This document shows positions 1-7,601 of a stretch of DNA of 19,613 nt, one piece after another. Within the stretch, counting starts at the first letter, position 1. Each line of letters starts with the position of its first letter. The notes beneath the pieces are model-generated. The model was given only the letters and a program-made list of their open reading frames with translations, was not told the origin of the DNA and did no database searches. The position numbers were made by a program, and so were the translations under genes. Where the stretch lies: contig JAAYNG010000096.1 of NCBI GenBank assembly GCA_012520935.1, forward strand, positions 1-19,613. Reading direction: 5' to 3'. The stretch is from Tissierellia bacterium. Its GTDB lineage: Bacteria; Bacillota; Clostridia; Tissierellales; Peptoniphilaceae.

Positions 1-255
1 CAAAAAAATTATTTGTCCCCTTTTACTTGGATATGTGGTTATATATATTAAATAGACATTTAATATTAAAATAAATCTCACAAACCGTCATTAGGAGGAA
101 GGAATGCGACGAAGCAATCCGGAGGACTTAACCATTCTCTGCTTAATAAATATTACTTGATTGTCACAAAGACAAATAAACTTTAAGTTTTGTGATTGAA
201 GTTTAAATATTTTAAAATTATACAGAAAAGTATAGATTATTCATAAGGAGGGCAT

Positions 256-1578
256 ATGAAAAAAATAAACCTTATATTATTTCTTCTTTTACTTTTTACC
301 GCCTGTGGGACGAAAAACAATGAGCCGGTTGAAGAGATATCTAAAGAAGAAGCTATAGTAAAAGTTGAGGAAAAAAATGAAAATGAAAAGATTAAAGAAG
401 AAAAACTATCGTCTGACGGTGTGAGGATTACTGAATACGAAGACGGCTATACAAGTATGCTGTCGCCGGTTGGTGAGATGGTGATTGTAAGAAAACCGGA
501 AGCTTATGATTATACAAGCTTTCCTGACTATGTTTTAAGCGAATTGCCTGCCGGCACAGGAACAGAGTTTAATCAAGATTTAAGGAGTAAGGATGTCACA
601 AATATTGACCTGTCATATAAGTTGGACTACTTACTTGAAGCAGACTTTGACGATAATACCAAGTGGCCTGACAGCCTGCCCAAGGAATTTGATATAGAAA
701 AAATAATGGAATACGGAAAGGACCCCGGCTTTGGTGTTCGAGAACTTCATAAGCAGGGGATTAATGGAGAAGGTGTTGGTATTGCCATAATAGATGGTTC
801 TTTATTGGTAGACCATGTGGAATATAAGGATAGGCTGAAGTTATATGAGGAAATTCATATGCATCCACAAACCAATACTTCTGAAATGCATGGACCTGCA
901 GTTGCCTCGATTGCAGTAGGGAAGAATATCGGGGTTGCACCTATGGCAGACTTATATTACATAGCTGTGACTCATGGGGTATACAATGAGGGTTCTTTTG
1001 ATTTCGATTTGTACTGGTTTGGCAAGGTTATTGACAGGGTTATAGAGATAAACAAAACTTTGCCTGAGGACAGGAAAATTAGGGTGATTTCTATATCCTT
1101 TGGTTTAGGAGGAAGTGGATTAAAAAATGAAGATTTAGCTATGGAGGCAGTTGAGAGGGCAAAAGAAGAAGGAATTTACACAATTACCGTTAGTCAATCC
1201 ATGGGGGGACTTGGAAGGAATCCTTTAGGTGACCCTAATGATATTAATTCATATACTAAGGGATACTTTTGGAGGGATTCTCCTGCTCCGGGTTTTATAG
1301 ATAGGACTATGGCTCCTATGGACTCTAGGTGTCTTGCCAGCCCGACAGGAGAAGATAAGTATGTATTCTATTATTCGGGGGGTATGAGCTGGGCAGTCCC
1401 TTATACTGCCGGTCTTTATGCCTTGTGCTGTCAGGTAAATCCCGAAATTACTTCGGAAGAATTTGAAAGGCTTGCCTTGGAAACTGCTGATGATGTCCAG
1501 TTAACGGGAGAAGGAATAAAAAGGAAGATTGTAAATCCGAAGGCATTGATTGAAGAGGTTAAAAAGATAAAAGAATAG
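256..1578 (+). CDS. Lipoprotein subtilisin-like serine peptidase (S8 family)
   Basis: N-terminal signal peptide with lipobox (LLLFTAC). Subtilase catalytic motifs are present: Asp in GVGIAIIDGS, His in HGPAVASIAVG, Ser in GGMSWAVPYTAG. An RBS AAGGAGGG lies 6 nt upstream of the ATG. Confidence 0.8.
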   Translation: MKKINLILFLLLLFTACGTKNNEPVEEISKEEAIVKVEEKNENEKIKEEKLSSDGVRITEYEDGYTSMLSPVGEMVIVRKPEAYDYTSFPDYVLSELPAGTGTEFNQDLRSKDVTNIDLSYKLDYLLEADFDDNTKWPDSLPKEFDIEKIMEYGKDPGFGVRELHKQGINGEGVGIAIIDGSLLVDHVEYKDRLKLYEEIHMHPQTNTSEMHGPAVASIAVGKNIGVAPMADLYYIAVTHGVYNEGSFDFDLYWFGKVIDRVIEINKTLPEDRKIRVISISFGLGGSGLKNEDLAMEAVERAKEEGIYTITVSQSMGGLGRNPLGDPNDINSYTKGYFWRDSPAPGFIDRTMAPMDSRCLASPTGEDKYVFYYSGGMSWAVPYTAGLYALCCQVNPEITSEEFERLALETADDVQLTGEGIKRKIVNPKALIEEVKKIKE

Positions 1579-1592
1579 TGGTGAATCAAAAG

Positions 1593-1631
1593 GCTTTGGG
1601 AGGGTGTAACAATCATTCCAAAGCTTTTTTA
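1593..1631 (+). terminator. Probable rho-independent terminator after the peptidase gene
   Basis: Inverted repeat GCTTTGG ... CCAAAGC with a large loop, followed by a T6 run. Confidence 0.5.
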
Positions 1632-1649
1632 TTTGTAACTTTATTAAAC

Positions 1650-1741
1650 ACTGGAACTAAATTACTCAAAACACTGGAATGAAAATACTAAATTTACTGG
1701 AATGAAATTGCTAAAAATACTGGAATGAAATTATAAAAACT
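1650..1741. repeat. Four tandem direct repeats (iterons), 23-bp period, core ACTGGAA(T/C)(G/T)AAA
   Basis: Copies start at 1650, 1673, 1696 and 1719, exactly 23 bp apart. Each opens with ACTGGAA followed by an A/T-rich tail. Confidence 0.75.
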
Positions 1742-1962
1742 TGAAATTTTCAAAACTTTTTTAATTCTTAATTTCTTTTTAACCATAAATTTACATTCAT
1801 CTCGTATAATAATCCTAGAGAATTTCTTCTCTCTCTTTTTCGTTTAGGAAGGCGTTCGGTGCAGCGTCTTTCTTTTTTGTTTGACTTTTCTATCACCATA
1901 GTACAAAAATATTGACATCATACGCAATATGACGTACCCTATTATTATAGGGGGAAATATTA

Positions 1963-2613
1963 ATGCCAATGACATCTAGGCAGAAGATTAAGCTTTTAAA
2001 GGATAATGGTTTTACATATATACCAAGTGGCGATGGTTCTCATAAGAAGTTTAAAAATTTCAAGATTGGTAGAACTACCATAGTTCCGGACTATCCAGGC
2101 AAGGAGTTGGGAAAGGTTTTGGAGCATGAAATTTTGAAACAAGCAGGTCTTAACATGAATTGTTTAATGAAGGAGGGGATTGTTATGTTTGTTGTTTATC
2201 CTGCTATTTTTTTAAAGGGATTTGATGGAGGATATACTGTTAATGTGCCTGACTTAGATGGTTGTTTGACAGAGGGAAAAAATTTATACGAAGCTTTTGA
2301 AATGGCTGAGGATGCTATTTGTTCTTATCTTTTTGAGCACTATATTGATAAGATTGCTTTTCCTCCTGCTTCAGATATTTCAAACATAGAGATTAAATTA
2401 GATGAAGAAGAAAAGTTAATTTTTGATTTGTCCGGGTCTTTTATAAGTTATGTTCATGCTAATGTGGGAGAATTTATTAAGAGAAGTGAGAATAAGGCTG
2501 TTAAAAAGACTTTATCTATTCCAAGCTACCTTAATGAAATTGGAATTAGCAAAGGAGTTAATTTTTCTCAAATCTTACAGGATGCACTGAAAAATGAATT
2601 TAACCTTAGTTAA
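1963..2613 (+). CDS. hicAB: HicA toxin domain fused in frame to HicB antitoxin (216 aa). HicB also has its own RBS and ATG at 2185.
   Basis: Residues 1-63 match HicA: GSH catalytic motif, KELGKVLEHEILKQAGL C-terminus. From about residue 75 the protein is HicB-like (MFVVYPAIFLKGFDGGYTVNVPDLDGCLTEGKNLYEAFEMAEDAI, RNase-H-like fold). The C-terminus looks like a ribbon-helix-helix DNA-binding tail. There is no in-frame stop between the two domains. An internal AAGGAGGGG RBS sits 7 nt before ATG 2185. Confidence 0.75.
   Translation: MPMTSRQKIKLLKDNGFTYIPSGDGSHKKFKNFKIGRTTIVPDYPGKELGKVLEHEILKQAGLNMNCLMKEGIVMFVVYPAIFLKGFDGGYTVNVPDLDGCLTEGKNLYEAFEMAEDAICSYLFEHYIDKIAFPPASDISNIEIKLDEEEKLIFDLSGSFISYVHANVGEFIKRSENKAVKKTLSIPSYLNEIGISKGVNFSQILQDALKNEFNLS
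2185..2613 (+). CDS. hicB: HicB antitoxin (independent translation start inside the fused ORF)
   Basis: Strong internal SD AAGGAGGGG at 2169-2177 with a 7-nt spacer to ATG 2185. The sequence from MFVVYP onward is a typical HicB N-terminus. Confidence 0.6.
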   Translation: MFVVYPAIFLKGFDGGYTVNVPDLDGCLTEGKNLYEAFEMAEDAICSYLFEHYIDKIAFPPASDISNIEIKLDEEEKLIFDLSGSFISYVHANVGEFIKRSENKAVKKTLSIPSYLNEIGISKGVNFSQILQDALKNEFNLS

Positions 2614-2630
2614 AAAACCATGTTCAAAAA

Positions 2631-2663
2631 CCCTCATTAGAAAATTCTTTGAGGGTTTTATTT
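2631..2663 (+). terminator. Rho-independent terminator after hicAB
   Basis: CCCTCA / TGAGGG stem followed by a T-rich tract (TTTTATTT). Confidence 0.65.
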
Positions 2664-2702
2664 GACTTTTCTATTCTAATATAATATTCTCACTTCACAT
2701 AT

Positions 2703-2783
2703 CGTCATTGCGAGCAAAGCGAAGCAATCCAGTTCCAAGTCAAATACTTATGGATTGCTTCGGGCTAAAGCCCTAGCAATGAC
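2703..2783. repeat. 81-bp imperfect palindromic element (long hairpin). A partial copy of its left arm lies at 85-120.
   Basis: Arms are CGTCATTGC...GAAGCAATCC and GGATTGCTTC...GCAATGACG, around a 21-nt centre. An inner GGGCTAAAGCCC mini-hairpin is also present. The motifs CGTCATT and GAAGCAATCC recur at 86-92 and 111-120. Confidence 0.6.
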
Positions 2784-2885
2784 GGGGGTAAGAAGGATTT
2801 TTAACTTGGAAGTATGAATTAATATATTTGCATTGGTTATTGTAAAGATATTCTATTTTGCCCAATGTAAAGACTTGTTGCGGAG

Positions 2886-2915
2886 ATGTAAACCATAATT
2901 GGTAGAAGTTTACAT
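2886..2915. promoter_or_regulatory. Candidate operator: inverted repeat ATGTAAAC-N14-GTTTACAT, with extra TGTAAAG half-sites at 2841 and 2866
   Basis: Perfect 8-bp inverted repeat seen directly. It lies about 40-110 bp upstream of the XRE regulator gene start. Confidence 0.4.
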
Positions 2916-2998
2916 GTCTTTATTTTAAACTTAAGGGCAAAGGGGGATTTATATATGGAACTATCTGAAAAAATTTTAATTTAAGAAAAAAGCAAGGA

Positions 2999-3580
2999 AT
3001 GTCCCAAGAGGACTTGGCAGAAAAACTAAATGTTTCAAGGCAGGCTATTTCTCGCTGGGAAAACGGGTCTACAAAGCCGGATGCGGATAATATTTTACAG
3101 TTAAGCAAGCTGTTTGCTGTTACGACTGATTACTTACTTAATGATGAATATGAATCAGACAATGACCTGCCAAAGGTAAAGGAAGTTAAAGAAGACCAAA
3201 GCGGACAGATATTAATTTATCTTGCAATATTAATGCTTATGAATTTAATTGTACAATTTATGTGCGTTTTCATCTTAAAAAATTTATTGTTCAGTCTATT
3301 AAGTTTTATTCCTTTTGTTAGTATGATACTTGCCTATGAATATGCTTATAGAAAGAAACCTACTGAAAGGGGAAAGGTATTTAGAAAGAAGTTTTACAAG
3401 ATTGCTGTTTGGCTTGGAACTTATTTTCCGATTAGACTTTTATTTTTAATTGTTATGAGTTTGTACTCTCGTCCATATTCAACTTTAGCGTTGGAGTGTG
3501 TCATTTTAGCGGTTTATATTGGAACGGCTTTAAAGATTGATTTATTTATAGAAGAAAGTTATTTAAAAAATCAGAACTGA
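2999..3580 (+). CDS. XRE-family HTH regulator fused to a 4-TM membrane domain. The N-terminal helix is encoded upstream (2955-2984) in another frame.
   Basis: MSQEDLAEKLNVSRQAISRWENGSTKPDADNILQLSKLF is a canonical XRE HTH lacking helix 1. ATG 2955 encodes MELSEKILI followed by a stop. Adding one A to the A6 run at 2968-2973 would give MELSEKNFNLRKKQGMSQEDL..., a complete HTH. The C-terminal half has four hydrophobic helices. Confidence 0.7.
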   Translation: MSQEDLAEKLNVSRQAISRWENGSTKPDADNILQLSKLFAVTTDYLLNDEYESDNDLPKVKEVKEDQSGQILIYLAILMLMNLIVQFMCVFILKNLLFSLLSFIPFVSMILAYEYAYRKKPTERGKVFRKKFYKIAVWLGTYFPIRLLFLIVMSLYSRPYSTLALECVILAVYIGTALKIDLFIEESYLKNQN

Positions 3581-3600
3581 ATTTTTAATTTCTTAAAGAA

Positions 3601-3629
3601 TTGACTTTTATTCCTTATTAGTGTATATT
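3601..3629 (+). promoter_or_regulatory. Sigma-A type promoter (TTGACT-17-TATATT) for the small peptide + comEC transcript
   Basis: -35 TTGACT at 3601-3606, exact 17-bp spacer, -10 TATATT at 3624-3629. Confidence 0.5.
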
Positions 3630-3647
3630 CTTAACAGGGGTGTTATA

Positions 3648-3824
3648 ATGAGTATTAGTGATGCCATGATTCTGCTGGGAATTATTATTCTTATTTATAC
3701 ATTAAATAGGGTAGGTATTAATCGTCTTAGGCAACAAAAAAAAGAAGATAAAAAGTTTGAAGAATGGAAGATGAGGACACACACATGGGGGAGTAGGGAG
3801 AAAAGGGGAAAAAAAAGAAAATGA
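3648..3824 (+). CDS. Small membrane peptide (one TM helix plus a basic tail). Its stop overlaps the comEC start in an ATGA.
   Basis: RBS GGGGTG lies 6 nt before ATG 3648. The sequence MSISDAMILLGIIILIYTL is hydrophobic and the C-terminus is K/R-rich. The tracked ORF start at 3621 lacks an SD. Confidence 0.45.
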   Translation: MSISDAMILLGIIILIYTLNRVGINRLRQQKKEDKKFEEWKMRTHTWGSREKRGKKRK

Positions 3825-6106
3825 AGAAGACTCCTTTTCTATTTCCTTTTCTGGCAATTTCTATTTTAATTTTAATATTAAGCAACTTAAACATTAAGCT
3901 TTGGAGGGAATCTTCAAAGCTAATTTATATTGAGGGCAAGAAGGTCGAACTTGTTGGAGTGGTTGAGGAGGTAAAAAAGAGGAAGGATGAATATACCGGC
4001 TATGTCTTAAAGGCTAAAGACTTGGTCAAGGGGGACAGGTCTTTAAAGTTAAATGAAAATGTCTACTTGGCTGTAATTGGTGAAAGTGCCTATGACATAG
4101 GGGACATAATTAAGTTTAGGGAAATTGTAAAAGTTCCAGAAGAAAATACAAACCATGGTCTATTCAACTACCAAAGATACCTTAAGTCATCCTTTATTTA
4201 TACCACATATTCAGCAGACTCTTCTGCTGTTACAAAGGTTGGCAGAGATAATAGTTTGGGATACGGTCTTAAAAGGAGCTTTAGGTCCTATGTTGAAAGG
4301 GTAACTTACACTAATTTAGAAGAAGAAAATGCTGACCTTTTGTCTTCGGTTATTTTGGCAGACTATAACTATATTGATGACCAAGTATCTGAATCCTACA
4401 GAAAACTTGGCTTGTCACACCTTTTGGCAGTTTCTGGCCTACATATTGGAATAATAGTGGGACTTTTTGTTTTTATCCTTTCTAACCTTGGGGTAAAGAG
4501 GGAAGTCTTGACCACAATAACATTGGCAAGTCTTTGGCTTTATGCCTGTATTATAGGTTTTCCCCCATCTGTTGTAAGAGCTGCCATAATGACTAGCCTT
4601 ATGCTTATAGCCTTTCTTTTAAGAGAACCCTACAGCATGGAAAACTCTTGTTTTCTTGCTGGTTTCATAATTCTTTTTTTTAATCCCTATGAACTATTTA
4701 ACACTGGTTTTCAACTTTCTTTCGGGGCGACTTTATCCATAGCCTACCTTACAAGGCCATTGAAGAACTTGCTTTACCCTGCCAAGTCCTTTCTTGTGGA
4801 TGCTTTATATGCAACACTTGCTGTTCAAATTGGGATTTTTCCAATAGTAATCTACCACTATTCTTATTTTAATCCTGTAAATATTTTGACTAATTTAATA
4901 GTTACTCCCATCTTTACACTTGTCTTATGGTTGACCGTCTTACTGTTACTTGCCTTTCCAATTTTGGGTGCTGGAAACTTTTTAGGGACCATACTAGATT
5001 TTTTAGTAAGGTTTATGGAGACTTGGAATGATATTTTTGGTGTGGGTGAATTCTTAGGGAGGAACTATAAGGCTCCTGACCTTGAGGGATTTATTTTATA
5101 TTATGTAATCATATTTGTCTTTCTATTCTTAAGGAAGTATGGCAGGAAGGTTGATGGATTACTTCTTAAATTTACTGTGGTTTCACTTATAGCTACTATT
5201 GCAGTAACAATTGCCATAACAGACAGAAACGCATTAAACTTAACAATGATTCATGTAGGTCAAGGGGATGCTATTTTTCTTGAGGGTTATAGTAAGAAGA
5301 TTTTGATTGATACAGGTGGAAGTTATTTTACCGAAGATGAGGTAGCCAAGAGGATAACAATTCCTTTTTTAAAGAAGAGAGGGGTAAATAGGCTAGATAC
5401 TGTAATCCTCTCCCACTTTGATGGAGACCATGCAGCAGGAGTGGAAGCCATCTTAAGTGAATTTAAAGTTGATAGGTTTTTTATCCCATATGTTTCTGAT
5501 TCTAAGTATTATGATATAATTAGGGATAGTGGGGTTAAGACATACATTTCAAATGTTGGTGGAACCTATGCTTTTTCAGATAATTCTGGCCTAATAACTA
5601 TCTATCCCGATGGAGAAAGCCTGCCTGGCTATAAGAGGAAGGGGAACCTATCCACTGTCCAAGTCCTGAAACACTATAACAATACCATGCTTTTTACCGG
5701 CGACTTGGAAAAGGAAGATGAGTTAGAGATATTAAAAGTTTTAAAGCCAGTGGATGTCTTAAAGGTCGGTCACCATGGGTCAGACACATCAAGTTCAGAA
5801 AGATTTTTAGAGACCACAAAACCAAGATTGGCTTTGATATCTGTAGGCAGGGACAATGAATATGGCCATCCATCACAGGATGTGGTAGACAGGCTGGAAA
5901 GAATTGGTTCACTTATACTCCGTACAGATAGGGATGGGGAGATAAATTTAAAGTTTACAAAAGAGGGTATATATTATTCAACTTTTTATGGAAAGACCTT
6001 TGATTTTAAAGGTTTAGTTTGTTTCTTGCTAGCTGGTCTAGTTTTTGTATATCAGTTGATTTACTATATTAGGAGAAGAGATTATGGATTACAAGGACTT
6101 CATTAA
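3821..6106 (+). CDS. comEC: DNA internalisation competence protein ComEC/Rec2
   Basis: Polytopic N-terminal and competence domain, plus a C-terminal metallo-beta-lactamase domain with HVGQGDA, SHFDGDHAAG, VGHHGS and GHP motifs. Length 761 aa. Confidence 0.9.
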   Translation: MKKTPFLFPFLAISILILILSNLNIKLWRESSKLIYIEGKKVELVGVVEEVKKRKDEYTGYVLKAKDLVKGDRSLKLNENVYLAVIGESAYDIGDIIKFREIVKVPEENTNHGLFNYQRYLKSSFIYTTYSADSSAVTKVGRDNSLGYGLKRSFRSYVERVTYTNLEEENADLLSSVILADYNYIDDQVSESYRKLGLSHLLAVSGLHIGIIVGLFVFILSNLGVKREVLTTITLASLWLYACIIGFPPSVVRAAIMTSLMLIAFLLREPYSMENSCFLAGFIILFFNPYELFNTGFQLSFGATLSIAYLTRPLKNLLYPAKSFLVDALYATLAVQIGIFPIVIYHYSYFNPVNILTNLIVTPIFTLVLWLTVLLLLAFPILGAGNFLGTILDFLVRFMETWNDIFGVGEFLGRNYKAPDLEGFILYYVIIFVFLFLRKYGRKVDGLLLKFTVVSLIATIAVTIAITDRNALNLTMIHVGQGDAIFLEGYSKKILIDTGGSYFTEDEVAKRITIPFLKKRGVNRLDTVILSHFDGDHAAGVEAILSEFKVDRFFIPYVSDSKYYDIIRDSGVKTYISNVGGTYAFSDNSGLITIYPDGESLPGYKRKGNLSTVQVLKHYNNTMLFTGDLEKEDELEILKVLKPVDVLKVGHHGSDTSSSERFLETTKPRLALISVGRDNEYGHPSQDVVDRLERIGSLILRTDRDGEINLKFTKEGIYYSTFYGKTFDFKGLVCFLLAGLVFVYQLIYYIRRRDYGLQGLH

Positions 6107-7118
6107 GTACATAAGAGCAGGTTCACTTGGAAATTTCTACCTTTTTAAGGGAGAAGAAAAATACTTAATAGATAATACTTTGGGCATAGTTAAGGGAATT
6201 ATCCCAGAGGACTTTAGGGACTTTAATTTATATATACCAGATGTGGATGAGTTTTCTGTGGATGCTATGATGGACTTTATAAATAGGGCACCCTTATTCC
6301 ATGATAGGAAGCTCTTAATCATAAGGGATTTAAAGACTGCAAAAGACAATTCTAAGTCGGAATTATACGACAAGATACTAGAAGTAATACCGAAACTTAC
6401 TGACACAACATTAATAGGTGTGGACAGGGAGAATGCACTAGATAACAGGTTTAAATTGGTTAAATACGCAAAGGACCAAGGGGTCTTGGTGGAATTCAAG
6501 AGGGCAGACAATAAGGAGTTTGAAAGGTGGGTCCTGAAAAAGATTTCTGATAGCGGAAAAGAGATAAGTAGGGAAAACCTAAGGCTATTAGTCGATACTA
6601 CAGGCTATACTAAATATAGGAGTACAGTAGACCTCTATACAGTGGACAATGAATTGATGAAAGTGTTGAATTATGATGAGGGAAAGGAAGTCAGCAAAGA
6701 AGCCATAAGAGAGACTGTGACTGGTTATGTTGATGATAACATTTTTAAGTTATTGGAAGATATTTTTTCGGGCAATAAAAGGGCCATTGTATCTTTTAGA
6801 GAAATGGAGTCCGGCAGTGAGCCGATTTTTAAGATATGGCACATGGTCCTTCGTTGGGGGAGGCTGCTTTTTGAGATTAGGACCTTGAAGGAAGCCTTTC
6901 ATGCCGATGATGAAATTAGAAAGCGTTTATTTCTCTCGCCTTATGAATTTAAAAGGTTAGTCCCTATATCATCAAGACATACGGCTAATGAATGGAGGGA
7001 AGTTTTTAAAAGGCTTGAGAAAATTGACTATATGAATAAGTCTTCTGTCTTGGACTTAAAGGGTAAGATTGAAGAACTTATTGGCTTTATGATAGAAAAG
7101 AAGGAAGTTATGAGATGA
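6084..7118 (+). CDS. holA: DNA polymerase III delta subunit
   Basis: The N-terminus GNFYLFKGEEKYL is typical of HolA. Length about 340 aa. It sits in the conserved position immediately after comEC in Firmicutes, with rpsT divergent further on. Confidence 0.7.
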   Translation: MDYKDFIKYIRAGSLGNFYLFKGEEKYLIDNTLGIVKGIIPEDFRDFNLYIPDVDEFSVDAMMDFINRAPLFHDRKLLIIRDLKTAKDNSKSELYDKILEVIPKLTDTTLIGVDRENALDNRFKLVKYAKDQGVLVEFKRADNKEFERWVLKKISDSGKEISRENLRLLVDTTGYTKYRSTVDLYTVDNELMKVLNYDEGKEVSKEAIRETVTGYVDDNIFKLLEDIFSGNKRAIVSFREMESGSEPIFKIWHMVLRWGRLLFEIRTLKEAFHADDEIRKRLFLSPYEFKRLVPISSRHTANEWREVFKRLEKIDYMNKSSVLDLKGKIEELIGFMIEKKEVMR

Positions 7119-7212
7119 GTAATAAAAGAAGTATAAAAAGGGAAGGGGCCCATCCTTTGAGAAGTTTATTGGGTCGATAGTTGCGGTTGTATTTGGGATT
7201 TTTTGGACAGTA

Positions 7213-7578
7213 ATGGCCTTTAAATTGTCTTCTCCATTTAGAACAGAAATGAGTGATGGAGGTCCATTTGGAAATACTTTCTCTATTTTTGGCACAATTT
7301 TTCCTTTATTTGGAATAATATTTGTAATTTCAGGAATTGTTACTGCTGTAATAAGTTACAACAACGCATTTGGGAAAAATCGGTTTTCAGAATATGATAT
7401 AATGGATTCAGATGAAGAGGTTGACCCATTTCAAAAGTTTGTGGACAGCAGGGATGATGATTATATGGATGAAGAGGACAATGGCGATATAGGGGAGGCA
7501 AACTTCTGTCCAAACTGCGGGGCAAAAGCTGAAGGGGACTTTGAATACTGCCATAAGTGTGGGAGTAAACTACCTTAA
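7213..7578 (+). CDS. Small membrane protein with an acidic linker and a C-terminal zinc ribbon. The probable true start is ATG 7115, via a frameshift.
   Basis: C-terminal CPNCGAKAEGDFEYCHKCGSKL (CxxC-N10-CxxC). There is a TM helix after Met-1. Upstream in the same frame the reading is open and encodes a second TM helix (FIGSIVAVVFGIFWTV) with no start codon. ATG 7115 overlaps the holA stop (ATGA) and reads MSNKRSIKREG in the other frame up to a stop at 7178. Confidence 0.6.
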   Translation: MAFKLSSPFRTEMSDGGPFGNTFSIFGTIFPLFGIIFVISGIVTAVISYNNAFGKNRFSEYDIMDSDEEVDPFQKFVDSRDDDYMDEEDNGDIGEANFCPNCGAKAEGDFEYCHKCGSKLP

Positions 7579-7601
7579 GTTTAATGTCAAGGGAGGAACT
7601 T

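Noticed and set aside
1431-1616. 61-aa minus-strand ORF
   Set aside because: Lies antisense within the 3' end of the subtilase gene and across its terminator. No RBS. Low-complexity translation. Treated as a shadow ORF.
2920-3108. 62-aa minus-strand ORF
   Set aside because: Antisense to the XRE gene start and operator region. No SD. Shadow ORF.
3621-3647. Upstream extension (MYILNRGVI) of the small peptide ORF
   Set aside because: No SD before ATG 3621 and it would overlap the -10 region. The ATG at 3648 has a GGGGTG SD at proper spacing.
5694-6511. Minus-strand ORFs 5694-5912 and 6137-6511
   Set aside because: Fully antisense within comEC and holA coding regions. Composition typical of shadow frames.
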